Assembly: GCA_018830005.1 (NCBI GenBank)
Contig: JAHJTE010000001.1
Coordinates: 642,287-706,286, forward strand
Source: Candidatus Omnitrophota bacterium
GTDB taxonomy: Bacteria > Omnitrophota > Gorgyraeia > JAHJTE01
DNA length: 64,000 nucleotides
Direction of reading: 5' to 3'
Shown: one piece after another, positions 20,979 to 30,090 of the stretch
Position numbering within the stretch: position 1 is the stretch's first letter
How the letters are laid out: each line of letters starts with the position of its first letter
Notes under the pieces: model-generated
What the model was told of the DNA's origin: nothing
The model's database searches: none
The model's input: only the letters and a program-made list of their open reading frames with translations
Made by a program: the position numbers and the translations under genes

Positions 20979-22640
20979 ATGAAGACTAAGAAAGAGGTTG
21001 CCCGCCTATTAAAAACATCACTTGAACAAGCCCTTGGTAAACTATCAGATTTTAATCTTGAGGATATAGAGCTAGAGCTTCCTAAGGCCAAGGCGCACGG
21101 TGATTTTTCCAGCAATCTGGCGATGAAGCTTGCTCGTAAACTTAAGAGGCCTCCTCTTGATATTGCTAATTCTATTCGCGAAGTTATTTCGGAAAAGATT
21201 GATGAAAAATCAATCTTAAGTAGCGTCCGAATAGAAAAACCCGGCTATATAAATTTTTTCTTGAAACAAGGCACTTATCATAAATTCCTGGAAGGTATCC
21301 TTAAAAATCGCAAGGGCTTATTGAATCATCAGGATATAGGTAAGGGCGCTAAGGTGCAGATTGAATTTGTCAGCGCAAATCCCACAGGACCTTTAAGCGT
21401 TGCGCATGGAAGGCAGGCTGCAGTAGGCGAATCATTAAGCAGGATATTAGAGGCATTTAACTTCAAAACAACCAAGGAATATTATCTAAACGATGAAGGC
21501 AATCAGATCAATCTCCTGGGTGCGTCTATCTTGGCTCGAATCCAGGAATTAAGAAATGAGGCTTATAGGTTTCCTGAAGGCGGTTATGAAGGAGAGTATA
21601 TCAGGGACATCGCAAGAGAAATCTTAAAAAGGAAAAAGCAAGCTAAGTATAATATTGATGAATGCGCTGATTTTGGCTTAAAGTTTATTTTTGATACTAT
21701 CAAAAAAGATTTGGATGATTTCGGAGTAAAGTTTGACGTCTGGTATTCTCAAAAGTCTTTAAGAAAATCAGGTAATATCGACAAGGTGTTAAAACTACTT
21801 AAAGATAAAGGTTACTCCTATGAAAAGGATGCTGCTGTTTGGTTTGCTTCAACTCGTTTTGGCGACGATAAGGATAGAGTATTAATTAAAAGCGATGCTA
21901 GCGCAACCTACATTACCCCGGACATTGCCTATCATCAGGATAAATTCAAGCGCAAATTTTCACGCGTAATAAATATCTGGGGGCCTGATCACCATGGTTA
22001 TATTTCCCGCCTAAAGGCAGCTGTAGAGGCATTGGGAATCGATAGAGAGCGTCTGTCAATTATCATAGTTCAGTTAGCACGTATCTTTAGAGGCGGTAAG
22101 CCTCTGGCAATGTCCACGCGAAAGGCTCAATATATTACATTGCGTGAAGTCATGGATGAGGTCGGTGCGGATGTTGCAAAGTTCTTCTTCCTGACTCGGC
22201 GCACAGACAGTCATCTTGATTTTGATTTGGAATTAGCAAAGAGTCAAAGTAAAGAAAATCCTGTATATTATATCCAATATGCTTACGCAAGGATTTTTGG
22301 TGTTTTTAAGCAAGCAAAGGATAAAAAAATAAAAGAATTACCGTTTTCAAAGGTTGATTTGAATTTATTGAAGGAAGAAGAGGAGGCTATACTTCTTCGC
22401 CTGATTTTTAGATTCCCATTTTCTTTATTCACGGCTTATAAGATTCTTGATCCTTATCCTGTATGCCAATATCTTATAGAATTGGCTGGTGAATTCCACA
22501 AGTTTTATGACCGGCATAAGATATTGCTTGAAGACAATCTCCCCTTAGCAAATGCGCGCATGGCGTTAGCTAAAGCAGCAGGTATTGTTATTTCAAATGG
22601 CCTAGCCTGCCTTGCGATTAAAAGCCCTGAAAGGATGTAG
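20979..22640 (+). CDS. argS: Arginine--tRNA ligase
   Basis: Class I HIGH-type motif region SANPTGPLSVAHGR, anticodon-binding C-terminus; 553 aa. Confidence 0.95.
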   Translation: MKTKKEVARLLKTSLEQALGKLSDFNLEDIELELPKAKAHGDFSSNLAMKLARKLKRPPLDIANSIREVISEKIDEKSILSSVRIEKPGYINFFLKQGTYHKFLEGILKNRKGLLNHQDIGKGAKVQIEFVSANPTGPLSVAHGRQAAVGESLSRILEAFNFKTTKEYYLNDEGNQINLLGASILARIQELRNEAYRFPEGGYEGEYIRDIAREILKRKKQAKYNIDECADFGLKFIFDTIKKDLDDFGVKFDVWYSQKSLRKSGNIDKVLKLLKDKGYSYEKDAAVWFASTRFGDDKDRVLIKSDASATYITPDIAYHQDKFKRKFSRVINIWGPDHHGYISRLKAAVEALGIDRERLSIIIVQLARIFRGGKPLAMSTRKAQYITLREVMDEVGADVAKFFFLTRRTDSHLDFDLELAKSQSKENPVYYIQYAYARIFGVFKQAKDKKIKELPFSKVDLNLLKEEEEAILLRLIFRFPFSLFTAYKILDPYPVCQYLIELAGEFHKFYDRHKILLEDNLPLANARMALAKAAGIVISNGLACLAIKSPERM

Positions 22641-22643
22641 CAG

Positions 22644-24323
22644 ATGAAGTGGTGCATTCGAGAAGTTGATAAACAATTATTATCTTATTTTTCAAATGAG
22701 ATAAATTTGCATCCTTTAATTGCAACCCTTCTTATAAATCGTAATATTAAGGATAAAGATGAGGCTGAAATTTTTCTCGCAAGCCAGATTTCTCAACTAT
22801 CTGACCCGCACAAGATCAAGGGTGTAGATAAGGCGCTAGAGAGGATCAAGATTGCTAAGGAAAAAGCAGAAAAGGTATTTATATTCGGAGATTATGACGT
22901 TGATGGGATTTCTGCCTGTGCACTTTTAGAATCTAGTCTTAAAAAGTTAGGTATTGAGACTGTTGTTTATTTACCGCACCGTATGGAAGAAGGTTATGGT
23001 CTCAATATGAAGGCTGTTAATGAGGCCAAGGCATTAAAGGCAAGGCTTTTCATAAGCGTTGATTGTGGTATAGGCAGCTTTGAAGAAATCGAGAAACTCA
23101 ATAGTTACAAAATTGATTCAATAATCATTGATCACCATCAGCCTAAATCGAAAAAATTACCAAAGGCAGTTGCCATAATAAATCCGAAGGTTAATAAAAA
23201 TGAGGCTAATCTTTCGAGTCTGGCTGCTGTTGGACTGGTTTTTAAGCTGGTTCAGGCGCTTTTTGATTCTAATCTAGAGGAGGATTTAGACTTCGTTGCC
23301 TTAGGAACAATTTGTGATGTAGTTCCTCTTATTGGAGAAAATCGTATTTTTGTAAAGGAAGGCTTAAAGCGAATCTCACAAACAAAAAGAGTCGGTATTC
23401 GTGCATTAAAAGAAGTTGCAGGTATTAAAGACAGGAAGATAACCGCAGGACTAATAGGATTTACATTGGGGCCGCGACTTAATGCCTCAGGAAGGATTGA
23501 TTCAGCGCAAAAGTCTTTAAAACTCCTGACTTGTTCTGACGAAGCTGAAGCAATGCTTCTTGCCAAAGGCCTCAATGAAGCAAACAGGAAGAGACAGCGA
23601 ATTGAAGATAAAATTCTGAAAGAGGCATTGACCAAGGTAGAGCGGGAAGTAAATTTTAAAGAGCATTCGGTAATTGTAGTTGGAGGTGATGATTGGCATC
23701 CTGGTGTGGTTGGAATTATTGCCTCAAAACTTGCCAATAGATATTACAGGCCAGCCTTTGTATTAGGTTTGGAGACTGGGGTCTATCGCGGTTCTGGTAG
23801 GTCAATAAACAATTTCCATTTATTCGAGGCCCTTAGCGAGTGCGACTCTTTATTAGAAAGCTATGGAGGTCATCGCGGGGCAGCTGGATTAAAGCTTCTT
23901 GAAAAAGATTTGGAGGAATTTAGGAAATCAATTAATGCTGTTGCGAAGGCAAAATTAAAACCAGAAGATTTAGTCCCAATATTAAATATAGATGCAGAGG
24001 TTGATCTGTCCCTCTGGCAGGATAGGCAGCTTATAGACAGAATAGAGGAATTTGCGCCTTTTGGAATAGGGAATCCGCGTCCTGTATTTTGTTCCAGGAA
24101 TCTTTTTCTTAAAAGCGCTCCTCTTGCTATAGGTAAGAGGTCTTTGCGTTTCTGGGTAAGCGATGGAAGCTTTACGGCTAAGGCTATTGGTTTTGGGATG
24201 GCTGAGTATGCCAATCTATTGAATGAGAATTCTCGTATTGACTTGGCTTATTCTGTATCGATAGATACCTGGGGAGAACCTGTTGTGCAATTAGAGATAA
24301 AGGCCATAAAAGAGAGGATTTAG
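22644..24323 (+). CDS. recJ: Single-stranded-DNA-specific exonuclease RecJ
   Basis: DHH motifs (FGDYDVDG, IIDHHQ) and DHHA1 region; 559 aa. Confidence 0.93.
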   Translation: MKWCIREVDKQLLSYFSNEINLHPLIATLLINRNIKDKDEAEIFLASQISQLSDPHKIKGVDKALERIKIAKEKAEKVFIFGDYDVDGISACALLESSLKKLGIETVVYLPHRMEEGYGLNMKAVNEAKALKARLFISVDCGIGSFEEIEKLNSYKIDSIIIDHHQPKSKKLPKAVAIINPKVNKNEANLSSLAAVGLVFKLVQALFDSNLEEDLDFVALGTICDVVPLIGENRIFVKEGLKRISQTKRVGIRALKEVAGIKDRKITAGLIGFTLGPRLNASGRIDSAQKSLKLLTCSDEAEAMLLAKGLNEANRKRQRIEDKILKEALTKVEREVNFKEHSVIVVGGDDWHPGVVGIIASKLANRYYRPAFVLGLETGVYRGSGRSINNFHLFEALSECDSLLESYGGHRGAAGLKLLEKDLEEFRKSINAVAKAKLKPEDLVPILNIDAEVDLSLWQDRQLIDRIEEFAPFGIGNPRPVFCSRNLFLKSAPLAIGKRSLRFWVSDGSFTAKAIGFGMAEYANLLNENSRIDLAYSVSIDTWGEPVVQLEIKAIKERI

Positions 24324-24547
24324 GCCTTTGTAATTTTGCCCGCCTTTATACATTTAACGCAGACACAGGCTTTTTTACGTCTATTATTACTGATAATATT
24401 TATAAGCTGCAGATTAGGTAAGAATACGCGTTTTGTTATTCCTGTTATCTTTTGTCCAGCGCCGCCTTTTTTCTTGGCCATACCGCGTCTTACAATCTTA
24501 TTGCCTCTCATGGTGCCTTTACCGCAGACTGAACATACTTTTTTCAT
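24320..24547 (-). CDS. rpmB: 50S ribosomal protein L28
   Basis: 75 aa; MKKVCSVCGK...RRGMAKKKGG...RVFLPNLQ pattern of L28; converges on recJ with a 4-nt overlap. Confidence 0.85.
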   Translation of the reverse strand: MKKVCSVCGKGTMRGNKIVRRGMAKKKGGAGQKITGITKRVFLPNLQLINIISNNRRKKACVCVKCIKAGKITKA

Positions 24548-24592
24548 AGTAATTCTCTCTTTTTAAAGATTCTTTTTAGACAGTCAGTATAC

Positions 24593-24621
24593 TTGAAAAT
24601 CACTTTTTGTCAAGGTAAAAT
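24593..24621 (+). promoter_or_regulatory. Putative sigma70-type promoter upstream of the helicase-nuclease gene (TTGAAA-N17-TAAAAT)
   Basis: Hexamers read directly from sequence, 17-nt spacer, about 38 nt upstream of the ATG at 24659. Confidence 0.4.
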
Positions 24622-24658
24622 ACATGAAGGTAGGGCAAACTTAAGTTATTAATTAACT

Positions 24659-27571
24659 ATGTCTGGAGATATCCTAAAAGACTTAAACGAAGAACAAAGG
24701 CAATCTGTTGTCTATATTGAGGGTCCGCTTTTGATAATTGCCGGTGCAGGAACAGGTAAGACCAGTGTTATAACGCGTAAGATTGCTTACTTGATAAAGA
24801 ATGGCCTTGCTAGCCAAGATGAAATACTTGCCTTAACCTTTACTGATCGGGCAGCAGCAGAGATGACTGAAAGAGTAGATATCCTTGTCCCTTATGGTTA
24901 TACGGATATTTGGATATCGACCTTTCATGCCTTTGGAGATAAGATCTTGCGTGAAAATGCTGTAGAGATTGGCCTCAATCCTGACTTTAAGGTTTTGACG
25001 CGGCCTGAGGCAGCGGTTTTGGTGCGGCAGCATCTTTTTGATTTTCCCCTAGATTATTTGCGGCCGGCAAGTGATCCTACTAAATTTATCAACGATATAT
25101 TGAGGGTATTTTCTCGTTTGCGAGACGAAGATGTATCAGTCGAGGAATATAAACAATTCCTCCAAAAGTTGACTAAAGGGCTTAAGGATAATGAGGATGA
25201 CCCAGCGCATGAATTTCATCGTCTCCATAAAGAACTCTCAGGCTGTTTTGCGACTTACCTTAATATCTTGCATAAAGAAGGAAAGGTTGATTTTGCAAAT
25301 CAGTTCTATTTGGCATTAGCAATGCTTCGAAAATACAAGAAGATCTTGGAATTCTATCAGAATAAATTTAAGTATATTCTTATTGATGAATTTCAGGATA
25401 CAAATTATGCCCAGTTTCAGTTAGTTAAATTATTGGCAGAAAAACACAAGAATATAACTGTTGTTGCTGATGATGATCAATCCATATATAGATTTCGGGG
25501 AGCTGCCTACAGCAATATCTTGAGTTTTGACCAAACCTATCCTGATGCCAAACGCATAACATTAATCCGCAATTACCGCTCTCAGCAGGCAATTCTTGAT
25601 TCTGCTTATAGGCTTATTCAATTTAATAATCCTGACAGATTTGAAGTAAAATCTAAGATTGACAAGCGCCTCATCGGCAGAGAGAAAGAGAAGGAGGTTA
25701 CATATCTGCATTTTGACCGCCATTCTAACGAGGCTGATCAGGTTGCGAAGATTATTAAAGAAAAAGTAAGAGACGCTAAGTATTCATATGATGATATCGC
25801 AATCCTTGTACGTTCTAACAATGATGCCGATGAATTTATTTCAAGTTTGAATATGGTAGGTATACCTTGGCGATTTAGCGGCAATCAAGGATTGTATTCC
25901 CGGTCAGAAGTAAAACTCTGTATTTCATTTTTAAGATTTATGGCAAATATCTCTGATTCTTTAAGCTTGTATTATTTGGCAGCAAGCGCGATCTATAAAA
26001 TACCTACAATAGAGCTGGGTTATCTTAATAGCTTTGCGCGCAGACGTAATTATGATCTCTTCTGGTGTCTAAGGCATTTTAATGAAATAGAAGAGTTGAG
26101 AGAGAAGGTGGCCGGGGCAGCTGAATTAATCCAAAAATTTACTGAGGAGCTGGAGAAATTTCTTGCTTGTAGCTTAGAAGTCAGCACAGGCAGACTCCTG
26201 TATCTTTTCCTGACCCAGACTAAATTCCTAAAAGATTTAGTCAAGCATCCATCTGTAGCCAATGAGGAAAAGGTAGAAAATCTAGCTAGGTTTTTTGAGA
26301 TTGTGAAGGAATTTGAAGGCGTTGCCCATGAGGATAGGGTAGTTGCGTTTATTGAATATTTGGATATGCTCATACGCAGCGGCGATGATCCAGCTACAGT
26401 TGAGGCAGATCTTGATATACCGGCAGTTAACATCTCGACAGTTCATAAGGCAAAGGGTTTAGAGTTTAAAGTTGTATTTATGGTGGGTCTAGTCAACGGG
26501 CGCTTCCCCTGGCCTAAACGCCGTAATCCTTTAGAGTTGGCAGAGGAATTGATCAAAGAGGTCTTACCTGAAGGTGATTTTCATATTCAGGAGGAACGCA
26601 GGTTATTCTATGTTGGAATGACACGGGCTAAAGACGAGCTCATATTTACCAACGCCTTAGATTACGGCGGAATGAGGCTGCGCAAACCCAGCGGTTTTAT
26701 CTTTGAGGCCTTAGGCAAAGAGAAAAAACAAATTCAGGCTAAAATTAAATCCAGCGCCTTGGAATCTATCCATAGGTTTAAGGAGGAGACACAAGGAAAA
26801 AAGACAAAACAGACACCTAAAAAGAGCGATTCAGAAATATTGCGTTTAAGCTTTTATCAGATTGATGATTATTTGACCTGTCCTCTAAAATATAAGTATG
26901 TGCATATTTTGCATGTGCCGATTTTAACGCATCACACTGTAGTATATGGCAAGGCATTACATGATGCAGTAGCAAAATATCTACAGTTCAAGATCAAAAA
27001 TAATACGATTCCCTTAAAAGAACTTATCGACACCTTTGATGCCTCTTTTTCTGATGAGGGTTTCTTAAGCAAGGAGCACCGCCAGAATCGCAAGGCCTTA
27101 GCGCATGAGGCCTTAAAGAGATTTTATAAACAGGAGGAGTCAGCTGAAAGGCCGCCTACATTTGTAGAGAAGGATTTTTCTTTTACACTGGATAATAATA
27201 GGATCGTTGGTCGCTGGGATAGAGTAGATTTTATCTCTAAGCAAGAGGCAGTAATAATTGACTACAAATCTTCTCATATAAACAAACAAAAAGATGCTGA
27301 CCGAAAGGCTAAACTGAGCTTACAGCTTGCGATTTATGCCATGGCCTTTAATGAGCTATTTGGATTCTTTCCAAAGCAAACAGAGTTACATTTTTTGGAA
27401 TCTTCCTTGGTTGGCAGAGATAGTAAGGACGAGAAGGCGTTTAAAAAGGCGCATGAGGAGATTGCTATTGCATCAGCTGGTATAAGAAGCGGAAAATTCG
27501 ATGCCAATCCTAGTTATATGGCATGTAATTATTGCGCTTACAGAGAGATCTGCAATTTTGCTAAGGTCTGA
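24659..27571 (+). CDS. UvrD/PcrA-type SF1 helicase fused to a C-terminal PD-(D/E)xK (Cas4/AddB-like) nuclease with four-Cys cluster
   Basis: Helicase motifs I (AGAGTGKT), II (DEFQDT), III (DDDQSIYRFRGA), V, VI (YVGMTRA); C-terminus has GRWDRVD, IIDYKS, QLAIY and Cys at CPLKY plus CNYCAYREIC. Confidence 0.85.
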   Translation: MSGDILKDLNEEQRQSVVYIEGPLLIIAGAGTGKTSVITRKIAYLIKNGLASQDEILALTFTDRAAAEMTERVDILVPYGYTDIWISTFHAFGDKILRENAVEIGLNPDFKVLTRPEAAVLVRQHLFDFPLDYLRPASDPTKFINDILRVFSRLRDEDVSVEEYKQFLQKLTKGLKDNEDDPAHEFHRLHKELSGCFATYLNILHKEGKVDFANQFYLALAMLRKYKKILEFYQNKFKYILIDEFQDTNYAQFQLVKLLAEKHKNITVVADDDQSIYRFRGAAYSNILSFDQTYPDAKRITLIRNYRSQQAILDSAYRLIQFNNPDRFEVKSKIDKRLIGREKEKEVTYLHFDRHSNEADQVAKIIKEKVRDAKYSYDDIAILVRSNNDADEFISSLNMVGIPWRFSGNQGLYSRSEVKLCISFLRFMANISDSLSLYYLAASAIYKIPTIELGYLNSFARRRNYDLFWCLRHFNEIEELREKVAGAAELIQKFTEELEKFLACSLEVSTGRLLYLFLTQTKFLKDLVKHPSVANEEKVENLARFFEIVKEFEGVAHEDRVVAFIEYLDMLIRSGDDPATVEADLDIPAVNISTVHKAKGLEFKVVFMVGLVNGRFPWPKRRNPLELAEELIKEVLPEGDFHIQEERRLFYVGMTRAKDELIFTNALDYGGMRLRKPSGFIFEALGKEKKQIQAKIKSSALESIHRFKEETQGKKTKQTPKKSDSEILRLSFYQIDDYLTCPLKYKYVHILHVPILTHHTVVYGKALHDAVAKYLQFKIKNNTIPLKELIDTFDASFSDEGFLSKEHRQNRKALAHEALKRFYKQEESAERPPTFVEKDFSFTLDNNRIVGRWDRVDFISKQEAVIIDYKSSHINKQKDADRKAKLSLQLAIYAMAFNELFGFFPKQTELHFLESSLVGRDSKDEKAFKKAHEEIAIASAGIRSGKFDANPSYMACNYCAYREICNFAKV

Positions 27572-27587
27572 GTGTGATTTCTTTTTC

Positions 27588-27616
27588 TTGACTTAGAGTT
27601 TTAGGCGGTGTATACT
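27588..27616 (+). promoter_or_regulatory. Near-consensus sigma70-type promoter of rpsO (TTGACT-N17-TATACT)
   Basis: Hexamers and spacer counted directly; about 90 nt upstream of the rpsO start. Confidence 0.55.
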
Positions 27617-27654
27617 CCCTTTACTAATATAGAAAAATATAGTATAGTAAAGGG
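27617..27654 (+). promoter_or_regulatory. rpsO 5' leader hairpin (10-bp stem CCCTTTACTA/TAGTAAAGGG, 18-nt loop)
   Basis: Perfect inverted repeat read from sequence, directly downstream of the -10 box. Confidence 0.4.
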
Positions 27655-27706
27655 AATAGGCATGTTAAATATCCTATATTACTAAATATGAAAGGGAGGT
27701 GTAAAG

Positions 27707-27976
27707 TTGTCGCTGCTTAAGGATAATAAGAAAAAACTAATCGAAAAATTTAAACTGCATTCTGCTGATACGGGTTCTTCGCAGGTTCAGATTGCCATTC
27801 TTACAGAAAGGATTAGCTTTTTGAGTGAGCATTTGAAGCGTCATAAAAAAGACCATAATTCGCGAAGAGGACTTCTGAAACTAGTAAGCAGACGTCGTCG
27901 CCTATTGGACTATCTTAAGAAGGATGCACCACGCAGATATGAAGAAATAATAGATAAATTGAAATTGCGTAAATAA
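27707..27976 (+). CDS. rpsO: 30S ribosomal protein S15
   Basis: 89 aa; [15 protein letters not shown]...[15 protein letters not shown] is the S15 signature; TTG start. Confidence 0.93.
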   Translation: MSLLKDNKKKLIEKFKLHSADTGSSQVQIAILTERISFLSEHLKRHKKDHNSRRGLLKLVSRRRRLLDYLKKDAPRRYEEIIDKLKLRK

Positions 27977-28002
27977 CCAATAATTAGAGAGGAATCGTTA
28001 AT

Positions 28003-30090
28003 ATGCAGACTGAAGATGTTAAAGTAAAATTCGCTAAAGAGGATTTGATTCTAGAAACAGGTGAACTTGCCAAACAGGCAAATGGTTCTGTCTTGGTGCG
28101 TTATGGTGGTACTGTTGTCTTGGTAAGTGTCTGTTGTTCAAAACAGCCTAGGGAGGGAATAGATTTTCTTCCTCTATTCGTAGAATACCAAGAAAAGACT
28201 TATGCCGCAGGTAGGATTCCAGGAGGCTTTTTTAAACGGGAAGGAAGACCTTCTGAAAATGAAATATTGATTTCGCGACTTATAGATAGGCCGTTGCGGC
28301 CATTATTTGATAAAAATATTCGCAATGAAATTCAGATAGTAGCTGTTGTCTTATCAAGCGACGGTTCTAATGATCCTGATATCTTGAGTGTAATTGGTGC
28401 ATCATGCGCAGTATCTATTTCTGGGATACCTTTTGCCGGACCAGTAGGCGCTTGTCGCGTTGGATTCATAGAGTCAGATTTTGTTCTTAATCCTACTTAT
28501 GAAGAATTAGAAAAAAGCTCTTTGAATCTTGTTGTTGCTGCTTCCAGAGAGGGTATCATAATGCTTGAGGCAGATGCAAAAGAGGAGACAGATGAGACTG
28601 TGTTTGCCGCTATTGAATTTGCCCTTAGCCACATTCCAAAGGTTATTGATTTACAGGAAGAGCTTATAAAAAAGGTAAAGAAGCCGGCTTTAGAGTTAGC
28701 CTTAAGCAAGGCATATAAAGATTTGTTATCCGGGATTGATGATGCGTTTAAAGAGAGAATCAAAAAAAGCGCACTGATTGCCAATAAGGATGAATATGAA
28801 AAATGCACGAAAGAAATAGTCGAGGAACTTGTTGAAAAGCTCTCTACTGATACTGAAAAGCCAGAGGTCTCAGGCGTTAAAGATGCAGTGGCAGAGATGC
28901 AGGAACAAGGCTTACGTAATTTTATATTAAAAGAACATAAAAGGGTTGATGGTAGAGAGTTTGATGAAGTGCGTCCGATAACTTGCCGCGTCTCTAACCT
29001 TCCGCGCACGCATGGCTCTAGTATTTTTACTCGAGGCCAGACTCAAAGCCTTGCAGTCACAACATTGGGCACGCGTTCAGATGAGCAGATGATCGAGGCC
29101 TTAGAAGGCAAGACCTATGAGTCTTTCCTGCTGCATTATAGTTTTCCTCCATTCAGTGTAGGTGAGGTAAAGCCAATGAGGGGTCCTGGTCGCAGGGAGA
29201 TAGGGCATGGTGCCTTGGCAAGAAAGGCATTGGCAGTAGTCATGCCGGAAAAAGACGATTTTCCTTATACCGTAAGAGTTGTATCAGAGATACTTGAATC
29301 AAATGGTTCTTCAAGTATGGCTACGGTTTGTGCTGCTACCCTTTCACTTATGGATGCTGGTGTTCCAATAAAATCTCCGGTTGCAGGGGTTGCCTTAGGG
29401 TTAGTCAAAGAAGGAAAGACGCAAGCAATCCTTACTGATATTTCAGGCGGAGAGGATCATTTCGGGGATATGGATTTTAAGATTGCTGGGACAAAAAATG
29501 GCATTACAGCATTACAGCTTGATCTTAAAATTGACGGTGTAGACTTAGCGTTGATAAAGGATGCTATGGAGCAATCTCGTAAGGCTAGGACTTTGATACT
29601 TGATAAGATCTCTCAGACGTTAGATGCACCGCGAAAAGAAATATCGGATTATGCCCCACGCATTAAGATTTTACAGATTAACACTGAAAAGATCGGCGAT
29701 TTGATTGGTCCAGGTGGTAAGGTAATAAAAAAGATAATCAACTCTACAGGTGTAACTATTGATATTGATGACGATGGCAGGGTATTGATTGGCTCTGATA
29801 AAAAGGAGAATCTGCAAGCTGCCTTGGATACGATTCGCATGATAGTAGAGGACGTAGAAGTGGGTAAGGTTTACGCTGGGAAAGTTGTGAAGATAACAAA
29901 TTTTGGTGCCTTTTGTGAAATTGCTCCTGGAAAAGAAGGCCTAGTCCATGTTTCAGAGATCTCTGATAGCTATGTTAAGAACGTCAGCGATGTATTAAAG
30001 GTTAATGATGAAGTTAAGGTCAAGGTAATTGCCATTGATGAATTAGGTAGGATAAACCTGAGTTTAAAAAAGGCAAAGGATGATAAATAG
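28003..30090 (+). CDS. pnp: Polyribonucleotide nucleotidyltransferase (PNPase)
   Basis: Two RNase PH-like domains, KH and S1 domains; conserved rpsO-pnp arrangement. Confidence 0.96.
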   Translation: MQTEDVKVKFAKEDLILETGELAKQANGSVLVRYGGTVVLVSVCCSKQPREGIDFLPLFVEYQEKTYAAGRIPGGFFKREGRPSENEILISRLIDRPLRPLFDKNIRNEIQIVAVVLSSDGSNDPDILSVIGASCAVSISGIPFAGPVGACRVGFIESDFVLNPTYEELEKSSLNLVVAASREGIIMLEADAKEETDETVFAAIEFALSHIPKVIDLQEELIKKVKKPALELALSKAYKDLLSGIDDAFKERIKKSALIANKDEYEKCTKEIVEELVEKLSTDTEKPEVSGVKDAVAEMQEQGLRNFILKEHKRVDGREFDEVRPITCRVSNLPRTHGSSIFTRGQTQSLAVTTLGTRSDEQMIEALEGKTYESFLLHYSFPPFSVGEVKPMRGPGRREIGHGALARKALAVVMPEKDDFPYTVRVVSEILESNGSSSMATVCAATLSLMDAGVPIKSPVAGVALGLVKEGKTQAILTDISGGEDHFGDMDFKIAGTKNGITALQLDLKIDGVDLALIKDAMEQSRKARTLILDKISQTLDAPRKEISDYAPRIKILQINTEKIGDLIGPGGKVIKKIINSTGVTIDIDDDGRVLIGSDKKENLQAALDTIRMIVEDVEVGKVYAGKVVKITNFGAFCEIAPGKEGLVHVSEISDSYVKNVSDVLKVNDEVKVKVIAIDELGRINLSLKKAKDDK

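Noticed and set aside
24336-24566. 76-aa + strand ORF opposite rpmB
   Set aside because: The - strand product is a clear ribosomal protein L28; the + strand ORF is hydrophobic and low-complexity, and is taken as a frame artefact.
24659-27571. Helicase-nuclease as a stand-alone anti-phage defence system (Nhi- or Gabija-like)
   Set aside because: Domain order (helicase N-terminal, nuclease C-terminal) and flanks made of core genes favour a repair or recombination role. No partner defence genes, methyltransferases or mobile-element signatures nearby. Kept as a finding but not called a defence system.
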